Positions 20,469-30,360 of a stretch of DNA of 64,000 bases are shown piece by piece; positions within the stretch are counted from its first letter, which is position 1; each line of letters begins with the position of its first letter. The notes beneath the pieces are model-generated. The model was given only the letters and a program-made list of their open reading frames with translations, was not told the DNA's origin and made no database searches. The DNA comes from a virus. Location of the stretch: positions 32,001-96,000 of the IMG/VR virus record IMGVR_UViG_3300026320_000001; one strand, written 5' to 3'. The position numbers and the translations under genes were made by a program.

Positions 20469-20551
20469 GTTGAATGTGGCAGACTGGTAATGCGCCTGAC
20501 TGTGAATCAGGGTGTGAAAACACGATGAGGATTCGATTTCCTCCATTCAAC
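20469..20551 (+). tRNA. tRNA-His(GTG) with encoded G-1:C73 and long variable arm
   Basis: G-ttgaatg/cattcaa-C; cctga-ctGTGaa-tcagg; V arm gtgt-GAAA-acac. Confidence 0.85.
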
Positions 20552-20570
20552 CAAATAGGAGTAAAATATT

Positions 20571-21065
20571 TTGGAAAGATTTTGGTCAAAAGTAGATATT
20601 AAAAATAAAAATGATTGTTGGAATTGGATTGGTGCAATTGATACAAATGGTTATGGTGCTTTCAAATATATGGGAAAGAAAATTAATTCTCATAGATTTG
20701 CATGGTTTTTAGAAAATGATTATTTTTCAGAAATAAATATTTGTCATATTTGTGATAATAGATTATGTTGCAATCCAAATCATTTATTTGAAGGAACTGG
20801 AAAAGATAATATGCAAGATGCAAAAAATAAAAATAGATTAGCAACAAGTAAAAATAAAAAACATGGATTTTTTATTCATCCTGAAAAAGTTGCAAGAGGA
20901 GAAAATTCTGGAAAACATATCCTAACTAATGAAAATGTTATAAAAATAAAATTTTTATTAAAAAATACAAACTATAAACACAAAGAAATTGGTAAAATAT
21001 TTGGTGTTGCAAGAAGTACAATAAGTTGTATTGCAATCAATAGGAATTGGAAATCCATTAAATAA
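20571..21065 (+). CDS. HNH homing endonuclease with C-terminal HTH
   Basis: RFWSKV..CWNW...GYG...HR..CH.CDN..CCNP.HL..GT..DN. Confidence 0.9.
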   Translation: MERFWSKVDIKNKNDCWNWIGAIDTNGYGAFKYMGKKINSHRFAWFLENDYFSEINICHICDNRLCCNPNHLFEGTGKDNMQDAKNKNRLATSKNKKHGFFIHPEKVARGENSGKHILTNENVIKIKFLLKNTNYKHKEIGKIFGVARSTISCIAINRNWKSIK

Positions 21066-21074
21066 TTTAATTAT

Positions 21075-21148
21075 GCGTTGGTAGCTCAATTGGATGGAGC
21101 AAAGAGTTTCTACCTCTTAGGTTGCGGGTTCAAATCCTGCCCAACGCA
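21075..21148 (+). tRNA. tRNA-Arg(TCT)
   Basis: gcgttgg/ccaacgc; aagag-ttTCTac-ctctt. Confidence 0.9.
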
Positions 21149-21225
21149 CATTCGGACGGATTAAGAGCTAGACTTACAATTCTAGTAAAATTCCAGATGT
21201 ATATCCGAGTCTGGTAAAATAAAAT

Positions 21226-21297
21226 CAGGAATTGGTGTAGCGGTTGCATGGCTATTTTGGAAATAGGCGGTGGAAGGTTCAACTCCTTCATTCTTGA
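21226..21297 (+). tRNA. tRNA-Pro(TGG)
   Basis: caggaat/attcttg; ctat-ttTGGaa-atag. Confidence 0.85.
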
Positions 21298-21310
21298 CTG
21301 TAATAAATAT

Positions 21311-21383
21311 AACCTCTTCGTATAATGGTTTATTATGTGTGGCTTTGAACCACAAGATAGTTGTTCGATTCAATTAGAGGTTG
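21311..21383 (+). tRNA. tRNA-Gln(TTG)
   Basis: aacctct/agaggtt; tgtgg-ctTTGaa-ccaca. Confidence 0.85.
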
Positions 21384-21417
21384 CTATTAATAAAAATTCA
21401 CATGGAGATTAAATAAA

Positions 21418-22113
21418 TTGCAAATAGATATATTGGATAAGGGATTTGTAAAACTGATTGATAATATGGGGAATGATTTAAGTGTGGTAAATGCCGCACG
21501 AGTTAGTTTAAATAGAAATTCAGAAACATTTCAAGACCAAGATGAAAAATTAATTAAATATTTATTAACCAAGAAACACACGAGTCCATTTGAGCATGTT
21601 GTTTTCACTTTTTTAGTTAAGACCCCTCTTTTTATTCGCTCTCAATGGATGCGTCATCGGATGTGGTCTTATAATGAAATTTCAAGACGTTATACATCTG
21701 AAAATATAGATTTTTATATTCCAGAATCTTTTAGAAAACAGGCTGATAACAATAGACAAGCAAGTATAGATGAAGAAATAGATAATATAAATATTCGTGA
21801 TGGATTTATTTCACATTCAAAATCAGTAAAAAATCACATATCAGATACATCAATATATTTATTTGAAAGTTATAAAAACCTTATTGAACAAGGTGTTTCT
21901 CGTGAACAAGCCAGAATGATATTGCCACAAAATATGTATACAAGTTTTTATGGTACTGTTGATTTATGGAATCTTTTACACTTTTTAGAATTAAGAAATG
22001 ATTCTCATGCACAATATGAAATGAGATTGTATGCACAGGCAATAGAAAAAATTGTTGAATCAATTGTTCCTTCAACCATAAAAATATGGAAAAAATTAAA
22101 ATTAACTCAGTAA
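21418..22113 (+). CDS. thyX: FAD-dependent thymidylate synthase
   Basis: H.SPFEH, RHR..SYNE.SRRY, REQAR..LP and LR...HAQYE motifs. Confidence 0.95.
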   Translation: MQIDILDKGFVKLIDNMGNDLSVVNAARVSLNRNSETFQDQDEKLIKYLLTKKHTSPFEHVVFTFLVKTPLFIRSQWMRHRMWSYNEISRRYTSENIDFYIPESFRKQADNNRQASIDEEIDNINIRDGFISHSKSVKNHISDTSIYLFESYKNLIEQGVSREQARMILPQNMYTSFYGTVDLWNLLHFLELRNDSHAQYEMRLYAQAIEKIVESIVPSTIKIWKKLKLTQ

Positions 22114-22708
22114 TTTTAAGCTGATTAATGAATTTATTAACCCTAATTTATTTAAAAAAATAGAATGGAGAGAGGACTATAGAGATAGGTTAAAATGAAA
22201 AATAAATGTATTGTGATACTCCGGGGGAACTCAGAAGGAAAAAACAAATTTCAAGAAATTGTTAAAAAAAGATATTGGATTTGGAATATATCTCCATCAA
22301 ATTTAGGTGGGGAAGTTGCAAGACTTTTAGGTTGGGATGGAAATCGTGATACTCAATTCAATATATTTATAGATAAATTATTAGATTTAGGTGATAATTA
22401 TTTTGATTTTAGATATTGGTATATATCTAATTATAAAAATAAATTATTGGAATCTGATAAGGCTGAAAAGAATAATATGACTGGTGATTTGATGGTTATT
22501 CATGGGGCTGATGACTTTTTATCAAAAAGACTTCAGGATGATTATAATATATTTGAATTCACTCTCAACAAAACAAAGCAAAATGATTCTGGAATTAATG
22601 GATTTATGTTTTGTTATAATGATGAAGATTTTGAAGAACAAATTTTTAAGAGAATAGAAGAATTAAGTTTTATAGAAAATAAAATAGAAACACAAGGAGA
22701 AAATATAG

Positions 22709-23632
22709 ATGTCACAGTTTAATATCGCACAAGCTAAACGAGAACTAATTTGGACTAAACTTGCTCTTATGGGAGCATCTGGAAGTGGTAAAACTTTTTC
22801 ATCACTTAGACTTGCAAGCGGTATGTTAGAATCACTGGTTGCATTAGGTCAAGGTAAAAATGGAAAAATTCTTTTGGCTAATACAGAAGCATCTCGTGGA
22901 CGTTATTATGCCAATGAATTTCAATATGATATTATTGATATTGGTTCACCTCATAATCCAGAAAAATATGTTGAACTTGTAGATTATGTTGTTGAAAATG
23001 ATTATCCTATTTTAATTATTGATAGTACAAGTCATGAATGGGAAGGAAAGGGTGGTTGTTTAGAATTACATCAACAAGCTGGTGGAACATTTCAATCATG
23101 GGCAAAAGTTACTCCTCGCCATGATAAATTTATTCAAGCAATTGCAGATAGTCCAATTCATTTAATTGCTACTATGCGCGGTAAAGACCAATATGAAATT
23201 GAAAAGAATGAAACCGGCAAAAATAATGTAAAGAAATTAGGTGTTGGAGCGCAACAAAGAAACGGTTTTGAATATGAATTTACTGCAACATTTAGTATTG
23301 ATAAGTCTGTTGCAACAGTTCAAAAAGATAATACACATATTTTTCAAGATTCAAGTGGAGAAATTCTTTCTGAAAAATTTGGCAAAGATATTATCAAGTG
23401 GGCAAATAGTGGAGAGGGTTATACTCCTCCAGTAAGAGTTTCTGAAAAAAGTATTGATAGTTCTGATAAAACAGAAGTAATGAAAATGATTAAAGAAAAA
23501 GGTGGAGCAAAAAATAAGCCACTTGTAGAATTAATTAAGAAATATGAACCATCTGGAAATCCAAATAAAATTACAGATACATCAGCATTTACACAATTAA
23601 AAATCGAATTAGAATCAATTCAATCAATTTAA
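22709..23632 (+). CDS. Sak4-like AAA ATPase / ssDNA annealing protein
   Basis: GASGSGKT Walker A, IIDS.SHEW and EYEFT motifs; upstream of an SSB-like gene. Confidence 0.75.
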   Translation: MSQFNIAQAKRELIWTKLALMGASGSGKTFSSLRLASGMLESLVALGQGKNGKILLANTEASRGRYYANEFQYDIIDIGSPHNPEKYVELVDYVVENDYPILIIDSTSHEWEGKGGCLELHQQAGGTFQSWAKVTPRHDKFIQAIADSPIHLIATMRGKDQYEIEKNETGKNNVKKLGVGAQQRNGFEYEFTATFSIDKSVATVQKDNTHIFQDSSGEILSEKFGKDIIKWANSGEGYTPPVRVSEKSIDSSDKTEVMKMIKEKGGAKNKPLVELIKKYEPSGNPNKITDTSAFTQLKIELESIQSI

Positions 23633-23655
23633 TTTATAACTAGGAGAAAATAAAA

Positions 23656-24087
23656 ATGTGGATTAAAGACCAAACTATTAGGGTAATTGTAACAAGTGCA
23701 GTTGATAAAGGCAAATATGGAGAATTGCGTTTTGTAGATTCTCGAAAAGTAAAAGCAACCGGACTTTATGTAAAATCATATTTTTCTTTTTGGACAGTTG
23801 CAGGAACAGCTTATCAAACTTTTCCAACTTTAGTAAGAGCAATTGAAAATTCTGGAACATTTGAAGGTTCAGATAGAAAAAAGGGTGTTCAAATTATTAT
23901 TAAGGCATTTTCAATCGGTCAAGAAAAATATACTGACAAAGAAGGAAATGAAATATTTTCAAAACAACCTCGTTTCACTGTTTGGGATTGGGATTTTGTA
24001 GAATCTTCTAATAAAGATATGGATACTCCTTCAACTGTTGAAACACCTTTCGACAAAGAACCAGAAATTGAATGGCCTGAAGAATAA
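23656..24087 (+). CDS. Putative ssDNA-binding protein
   Basis: Beta-rich OB-like body, acidic tail, position between Sak4-like gene and primase. Confidence 0.55.
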   Translation: MWIKDQTIRVIVTSAVDKGKYGELRFVDSRKVKATGLYVKSYFSFWTVAGTAYQTFPTLVRAIENSGTFEGSDRKKGVQIIIKAFSIGQEKYTDKEGNEIFSKQPRFTVWDWDFVESSNKDMDTPSTVETPFDKEPEIEWPEE

Positions 24088-24108
24088 AATATACATTTTA
24101 TTAATAAA

Positions 24109-24143
24109 TATGGGTTGGATAATTATATATTATCCAACCCATA
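24109..24143. terminator. Perfect 15-bp hairpin (terminator or processing stem)
   Basis: tatgggttggataat/attatccaacccata; U-tract only on the - strand. Confidence 0.55.
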
Positions 24144-24176
24144 AAAAATTCTTACTTTTATAGACTTGGAGAAAAT

Positions 24177-26114
24177 ATGCTAATACCTAAAGATTTAGTT
24201 ATAGAAGCAAGACAAAAATTTGGTGCTAATGCGGCAGGAATTATAGCCAAAGATTTAAACATCAAAGATTATGATAATGAAAATTTAAAGGGGTGCTGTC
24301 CTTTTCATAATGAGGATACACCATCTTTTGTTTGGTATGAAAAAGGTGATTATTTTAAATGTTTTGGTTGTCAAAAAACATATAATATTATTGACCATTA
24401 TATGAATTTTGATAAACTTTCTTATGTTGATTCTGTTGAAAAATTATTTAAAGAATCACAAACATCTTTTAGATTTTCTGAAAAGAATATAAAAAAGAAG
24501 GATTATCAATATCCAAAATATGAAATAGATGAAAATGAAAAATCATATGATAGAACCAGTGTTGAAAAATATCTTGCAACAAGAGGAATATCAAAAAATA
24601 CATTAGATAAGTTTGATATATTGTCGGATAAAAAAGGTAATATCACATATAATTATAGAAATACAAATGGTGTTCTTACAATGGTGAGATACCGTCTTGG
24701 AAGAATTGCTGAAAAAACAGATTCATCAAAATTTTGGTCACAACCAAATGCAGATACGACTCCATTACTTTTTGGAATGAATAACACTAGTCCGCTTTCA
24801 ACACTTGTTTTGACTGAAGGTGAATTGGATGCGTTATCTGTTTATGAAGCCGGGCATCAAAATTCTGTTTCAGTTCCTTTTGGTGCAAATAATTATTCTT
24901 GGATTGAAGAAAATTTTGATTATTTACAACAATTTGAAACCATAATTGTTTGGTCAGATAATGATGAACCCGGAATAAAAATGCGTAAGGAAGTTTGTTC
25001 TCGGCTAGGTTCTGATAAACAAAAAGTTTTATTTGTCAATCTTCCTCTTGAAATTGAAAATGAAAAAATAAAAGATATTAATCAAGTTCTAGTAAAATTT
25101 GGAAAAGAAAAAGTTTTAGAATTTATTAATAATGCCGAAGAACAAAAGATAGAAGGAATATTAGACCTTTCAGAAGCAGAAGATTTTGACCTTGAAAAAA
25201 GAGAAGGTCTTTATTCTGGAATAAAAGAAATTGATGATATGATTTATAAATTTTTCTTTGGCAATGTTGTTTCTGTTACTGGTTTTGCCGGAGGAGGAAA
25301 ATCAAGTCTTGTTAATCAATTGTTTATCAATGAAGCATTACATCAAGGATATGATGTAACTGTATTTTCTGGTGAACTTCCTTCTGATATGTTACGTCAA
25401 TGGGTTGAAATCAATATGGCTGGAAGAGAACATATTGAAGAACACAAAAATAAATTTAAAAGAATTATTAAAATTGATACCATTAAAAAAATGAAAGACT
25501 GGTATAAGGGCAGAATAAATTATTATGAAGCAGAAGATAATCATATTGATGCTGTTTTAGGCAAGGCCGAAGAAACCATTAGAAAAAAGGGCGTTAAAGT
25601 TTTAGTGCTTGATAATTTAGCCACATTGGGACTAGGTGAAGACGATAACAATACTTATGCAAAACAAAAACAAGCAATTGTAAAAATAAAGAATTTTGCA
25701 AATAAATTTAATATTCTAGTTGTTCTTGTTGTTCATCCTCGTAAACCAGCAAGTGGAATTACAAGTGTTCAATCCGGTTATGAAATGTCAGGAAGCGGTG
25801 ATTTATTCAACTTAGTTCAATATAATTTTTCTGTCAAAAGAATAACAAAAAAAGAAAAAGAAGGTAAGAAAAAAAGAGGTGGGGGATGGGAAATAGAACC
25901 CTGTTTATATGATGTAAGAATAGAATTTTTCAAAAATCGTATAACAGGACAACTTGGTGATTGCTTTTTATATTTTGATTATCCAAGTTATCGCTTTTAT
26001 ATTACACCAGAACAACTTTGGAAAAGATTTTCTTGGGACAAAAATACTTTGCCATTGCGAACAGATGACCCAAATGAGAAATATAGAGAAATGCCAGAAG
26101 AGTTTAAAACATAA
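24177..26114 (+). CDS. Primase-helicase (CHC2 zinc finger, TOPRIM, SF4 helicase)
   Basis: CPFHNE.TPSF..C..C; TEGELDA, DNDEPG; GFAGGGKS, LDNL, HPRK. Confidence 0.9.
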   Translation: MLIPKDLVIEARQKFGANAAGIIAKDLNIKDYDNENLKGCCPFHNEDTPSFVWYEKGDYFKCFGCQKTYNIIDHYMNFDKLSYVDSVEKLFKESQTSFRFSEKNIKKKDYQYPKYEIDENEKSYDRTSVEKYLATRGISKNTLDKFDILSDKKGNITYNYRNTNGVLTMVRYRLGRIAEKTDSSKFWSQPNADTTPLLFGMNNTSPLSTLVLTEGELDALSVYEAGHQNSVSVPFGANNYSWIEENFDYLQQFETIIVWSDNDEPGIKMRKEVCSRLGSDKQKVLFVNLPLEIENEKIKDINQVLVKFGKEKVLEFINNAEEQKIEGILDLSEAEDFDLEKREGLYSGIKEIDDMIYKFFFGNVVSVTGFAGGGKSSLVNQLFINEALHQGYDVTVFSGELPSDMLRQWVEINMAGREHIEEHKNKFKRIIKIDTIKKMKDWYKGRINYYEAEDNHIDAVLGKAEETIRKKGVKVLVLDNLATLGLGEDDNNTYAKQKQAIVKIKNFANKFNILVVLVVHPRKPASGITSVQSGYEMSGSGDLFNLVQYNFSVKRITKKEKEGKKKRGGGWEIEPCLYDVRIEFFKNRITGQLGDCFLYFDYPSYRFYITPEQLWKRFSWDKNTLPLRTDDPNEKYREMPEEFKT

Positions 26115-26920
26115 TGTCTGATTATGATTTTATTATTGATAATATGAAATTTAGTTACTCCAACATAAGCACATTTGAAACATGTGCTTATGCTTGGAAA
26201 TTAACGTATATTGATACGTTAAAAAGAGAGCCAAATTTTTTTGCTGAATTTGGAACTTTATGTCATGATATTCTGGAAAAATATTTTAAGGGTGAATTAG
26301 ATTTATTTAATTTGCCGAATTATTATGAAAAACATTTTTATGAAGTTGTTCAATCAATTTCTCTTTCCGGAACAATGACTCAAAATTATTATGATGCTGG
26401 CTATGATTTTTTTACTAATATTGATATAAATCCTGATGATTTTGAAATATTGGAATCAGAATTAAAAACAAGTTCGATTTGGAATGGAATAGAACTTGTT
26501 GTTAAACCAGATATTGTTTTGAAAGAAAAATCAACCGGCAAAATAATTCTTATGGATTATAAAACATCCATTATCAAGAAAAATAAAAATGGGTCAATAG
26601 CAAAATCTGATATTGATAAACTAAATGGATATAAAAAACAATTATTTTTATATGCTTTCTTTTTATCTCAAAATCAAAAAACTAAAATAGAAGAAATTCG
26701 ACTATGGTTTATTCGCAATAATACATTTGAGATATTTCAATATACAGAAAAAGAAGCAATTGAAACTTTAAATTGGTTTATGAAAATTGTGGCTAAAATA
26801 AAAGAAGAAGAAAAATTTATTGCCAATATAAGCAATCCATTTTTTTGCAATAATTTATGTGGAGTTCGTATGTCCTGTGAATTCAGGATACAAAATCCAG
26901 AAAAAGCATCAGAATCTTAG
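26114..26920 (+). CDS. Cas4/RecB-like PD-(D/E)XK exonuclease
   Basis: SYS..STFETC, G...H, PD..., DYKT, QL..YA and C...C.....C. Confidence 0.8.
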   Translation: MSDYDFIIDNMKFSYSNISTFETCAYAWKLTYIDTLKREPNFFAEFGTLCHDILEKYFKGELDLFNLPNYYEKHFYEVVQSISLSGTMTQNYYDAGYDFFTNIDINPDDFEILESELKTSSIWNGIELVVKPDIVLKEKSTGKIILMDYKTSIIKKNKNGSIAKSDIDKLNGYKKQLFLYAFFLSQNQKTKIEEIRLWFIRNNTFEIFQYTEKEAIETLNWFMKIVAKIKEEEKFIANISNPFFCNNLCGVRMSCEFRIQNPEKASES

Positions 26921-26938
26921 GATTTTGGTGCTTTTTTG
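26901..26938 (+). terminator. Intrinsic terminator
   Basis: aaaaagcatcagaatct/ggattttggtgcttttt hairpin plus U tract. Confidence 0.65.
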
Positions 26939-26941
26939 TTA

Positions 26942-26970
26942 TTGACAAATTGAGTTAAATGTGGTATTAT
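26942..26970 (+). promoter_or_regulatory. Sigma70 promoter (extended -10)
   Basis: TTGACA-17bp-TATTAT with TG. Confidence 0.75.
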
Positions 26971-26978
26971 TATCTTAT

Positions 26979-27152
26979 ATGAGCGTCATGGAGTTTGAGA
27001 TACTCCATATGCAAAGATTTTCGTGATGACATAGAGTCTCCCGGTAGGGCATCAAGTCTTGATGAATCGGCGGGTAAGACTATGCACTCATCAATGCAAA
27101 TAACCTCTCAAAATGACAATGAGAGCATAGATGGAATTCCTGTGACGCTTGT
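26979..27152 (+). ncRNA. 6S-like rod-shaped ncRNA
   Basis: ~174-nt irregular hairpin with central bubble, starting at the predicted TSS. Confidence 0.55.
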
Positions 27153-28150
27153 TTACCATATTTATATTTGGAGAATAAAATGAATAAAACTGTTCAAAAA
27201 ATTCTTGCCCTTTCTCATGTTGAAGCCGTTGATAAAGAAGAAGAAGGATATTTTGTTTATTTTAAAAATGGCTATTGTTGGCAAGGCGACCCTCATGGTA
27301 GTATTCATTTCGTTATGGAAGAAACAGCGACAATAGCATTAAGAGAAGCCAAACGTTTTCGTATTTGTACTAAAGATTGTTGTCCACCAGAAACAGCAGA
27401 GGAGAAATGAAAATGAATCTCAACGTTGGAGATAAGGTTGAACTATTGAAAACAATGCTTGGTAATGATTCTGGCACAGTTGGAATTGTTTTTTATAAAT
27501 ATGATGGTGGGGGTGTTCAAATTATTTTTCCCAATGGACAATATGATGGATTTAGTAAAAATGAACAATATAATTATTTAGAATTTATAGAACATGTTTA
27601 TAAATATGAAAATTATCTATTTGAAAATGTAGTTCAAGTATCAATAGATTTTGAAAAAGGATATTGGAGATTTGATAAGCCATGAAAACAATTAAAGAAA
27701 TTATAGAATTAACAAAACAATATAAAAAAATATTTCAAGATAAATTTGAAAAAGAAAATTTTGATTTATTTAAAGAAATTGAAGAACAAATTATCAACGA
27801 AGCAAAACAAGGTAGCGGTCATTTATTGATTTATAAAAGATATTTTGATTCGTATGATAATTTGAGTATTTATGATTTAGAAACATATTATAAAAATCAA
27901 GGATATTCAACACGTATTACTGATGATACTTTTCAGATATATTGGTTTGAATAAAACAATGATTTCATAAAGGAAAATAAATGACATATTTAATTGATGA
28001 CCTTGTAAAAACTAACAAACAAATAGATGGAAAGTGGGTGATTGCACGCCCATTGCTATCATATGATTTATTAAATCGAATAGTTGATTGCTGGCTTGTA
28101 TTAATTGGAAAAGCCGATGCAGTAATTTATATTAGTGGAAAGAAAAATAA

Positions 28151-28873
28151 ATGAATGATGAACTTGGAACACGTATGAAAGAATTTTATGAAAATAGAAG
28201 TCAATCATATCTTGCACGTAGAATACCAGCCATTATAAGAATTGACGGAAAAGCGTTCCATACTTTTACAAATAAATTTACAAAACCATTTGATAATGTT
28301 ATGATTAAATCCATGCAATTAACAGCTAAAAAATTATGCGCTCAAATTCAAGGTGCTAAAATTGCATATACTCAAAGTGATGAAATTAGTCTTTTATTAA
28401 CTGATTGGGATAATTTAAAAACCGATGCATGGTTTGATTATAATATTCAAAAAATTACAAGTGTTTCTGCAAGTATGACAACACTATATTTTAATAATAT
28501 TTTTGCAGAAATTTGTACGGTTGAACAAAGCGATAAGATTGATACAGCCTTATTTGACGCAAGAGTCTTTTCAATTCCAAAAGAAGATGTGAATAATTAT
28601 TTCTGGTGGAGACAAATTGATTGTATTAGAAACTCAATTCAAATGCTGGCACAATCTAATTTTAGTCATAAAGAATTGCAAGGAAAAAATCAAGACGAAT
28701 TGAAATCAATGTTATCAGAAAAGAATATTGAATTTGATAATATGAAAATTCATTTGCAACGAGGTTCTTCTGTTGTCAAACAATTGACAGAATTTGGTGA
28801 AAATAGATGGACAATTGATGAAGAAATTCCTTTGTTCAAAGATGAAAAATATTATATTGAAAGGTACTTATAA
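28151..28873 (+). CDS. Thg1-like 3'-5' nucleotidyltransferase (tRNA-His guanylyltransferase family)
   Basis: IRIDGKAFHTFT, YTQSDEISL, FDAR and WRQ.D..RNS motifs. Confidence 0.92.
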   Translation: MNDELGTRMKEFYENRSQSYLARRIPAIIRIDGKAFHTFTNKFTKPFDNVMIKSMQLTAKKLCAQIQGAKIAYTQSDEISLLLTDWDNLKTDAWFDYNIQKITSVSASMTTLYFNNIFAEICTVEQSDKIDTALFDARVFSIPKEDVNNYFWWRQIDCIRNSIQMLAQSNFSHKELQGKNQDELKSMLSEKNIEFDNMKIHLQRGSSVVKQLTEFGENRWTIDEEIPLFKDEKYYIERYL

Positions 28874-30101
28874 ATGAAAGATATTGGGCAATATAGAATT
28901 AATTTAATTTGGTGGCCGTTTTTTTATAATGAAGAATATGATGATAAATTAGATTTTATTATTCCAAAAATTCAATTTCATAATTATAAAAATAAGCCAT
29001 GTGATACATGCTGGAATTATGATTGGGATTTTACATTTATTTATTTAACTGTTATGAAAAAACAAAAACGTGGTTCTGTTTATAAGCTTATTGAATCTGT
29101 TTGGAAATCAAATAATGATAAAGGTGATTATACTCATAACAGAATTATTATTCCTCATGATATGTTTGCCAAATGGATTTGGGAACAAAGAAATATTAAT
29201 AAATATTATACTTCAAATTATTGGGGAATAAGAGTTGTTTCAGGTGATGTTCGGGAAATTATTTTTGAATAGGAGAAATATATGAAAAGTTATAATGGTT
29301 TCTATAATGTAAATAAAATAAAATTCAATATATTTTGTATTTTTGGATTTCATCAATGGTGGTGGACTAGAGGAATGGATGATAAGCAAGAAACAAGATG
29401 TGCCGTTAAATGTGATAAATGTAATGAAATAAGAATGCTTTCTCCGAAAAATTCGGATATGCACGATATGAAAGAAATTAGAAAAACAATTAATTTATCA
29501 TCTTGGGAACCAGTATATTTTAATTGGAAACCATTTTCTTTTCATATTAGCGGAAATAAAATTAGTTCACTTGATTGATAGAACAGGAGTTTTATAAATG
29601 GAAGAAAAAAGAACACGAATTATTGAGAAATTAAAAAATGATGATATTAAACAAGGAATAAAAACTTGGATTGTTGTTCATACTAATTACGGTGGATATA
29701 CAGAAGAAGAATTAGAAATACAATTAGGCAATGATGATGTTCTTATTATTCGAGATGGAAATAACTGGATATATTTGAGCGAAGAACAAAAAAATATTTT
29801 AATAGATTTTTTGATTGGGCCAAATAAATCTATGACTATTGATTGATGGAGATATTTTATGTCTTATGAAAAATATGATATAGATGATACAGATTATAAT
29901 GGTCTTAAAATAGCAGAAATTTTTGCTTTGGCTTTTGAATTGGGAATGATTTTTACTTGCATTAATTTTAAATTAAGAGATGAAATAATCTTTAGTTCTA
30001 CAAATAAAAGAAACATAATTGGTTATTGTAATTTTAAAAAAATTCAATATGAAATTCGTGACCATGATGATTTTCCTACTCTTGTCCTGAAATAATGGGT
30101 A

Positions 30102-30130
30102 TTGACAAAACAACTGGTTTATAGTATAAT
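30102..30130 (+). promoter_or_regulatory. Consensus sigma70 promoter
   Basis: TTGACA-17bp-TATAAT. Confidence 0.85.
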
Positions 30131-30360
30131 GAACAGATTAGGAGAAAACATATGGAAATATTTAGTCTATTTATTGGTGGTTTCATAGGTTTGGTAATTG
30201 CATGTTTGATTGTTGCCATTCTATCAACTATTGATTACATTCTTTGGAAAGAATATTATAATTTATATAAATCTATTTATGGATTATATTCTATTTTAAC
30301 TGTTTTTCCATTTGGATTTTATATGTATATCAGATTGAAAATTAATAAGGATATATAAAT

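Noticed and set aside
13102-21373. ORF calls overlapping tRNAs (13102, 14525, 14783, 19374, 19648, 19754, 19909, 21182)
   Set aside because: These are shadow ORFs over tRNA/ncRNA genes with no RBS or protein motifs.
26995-27183. 62-aa ORF
   Set aside because: It has a TTG start and atypical composition, and it coincides with an extensively base-paired RNA rod.
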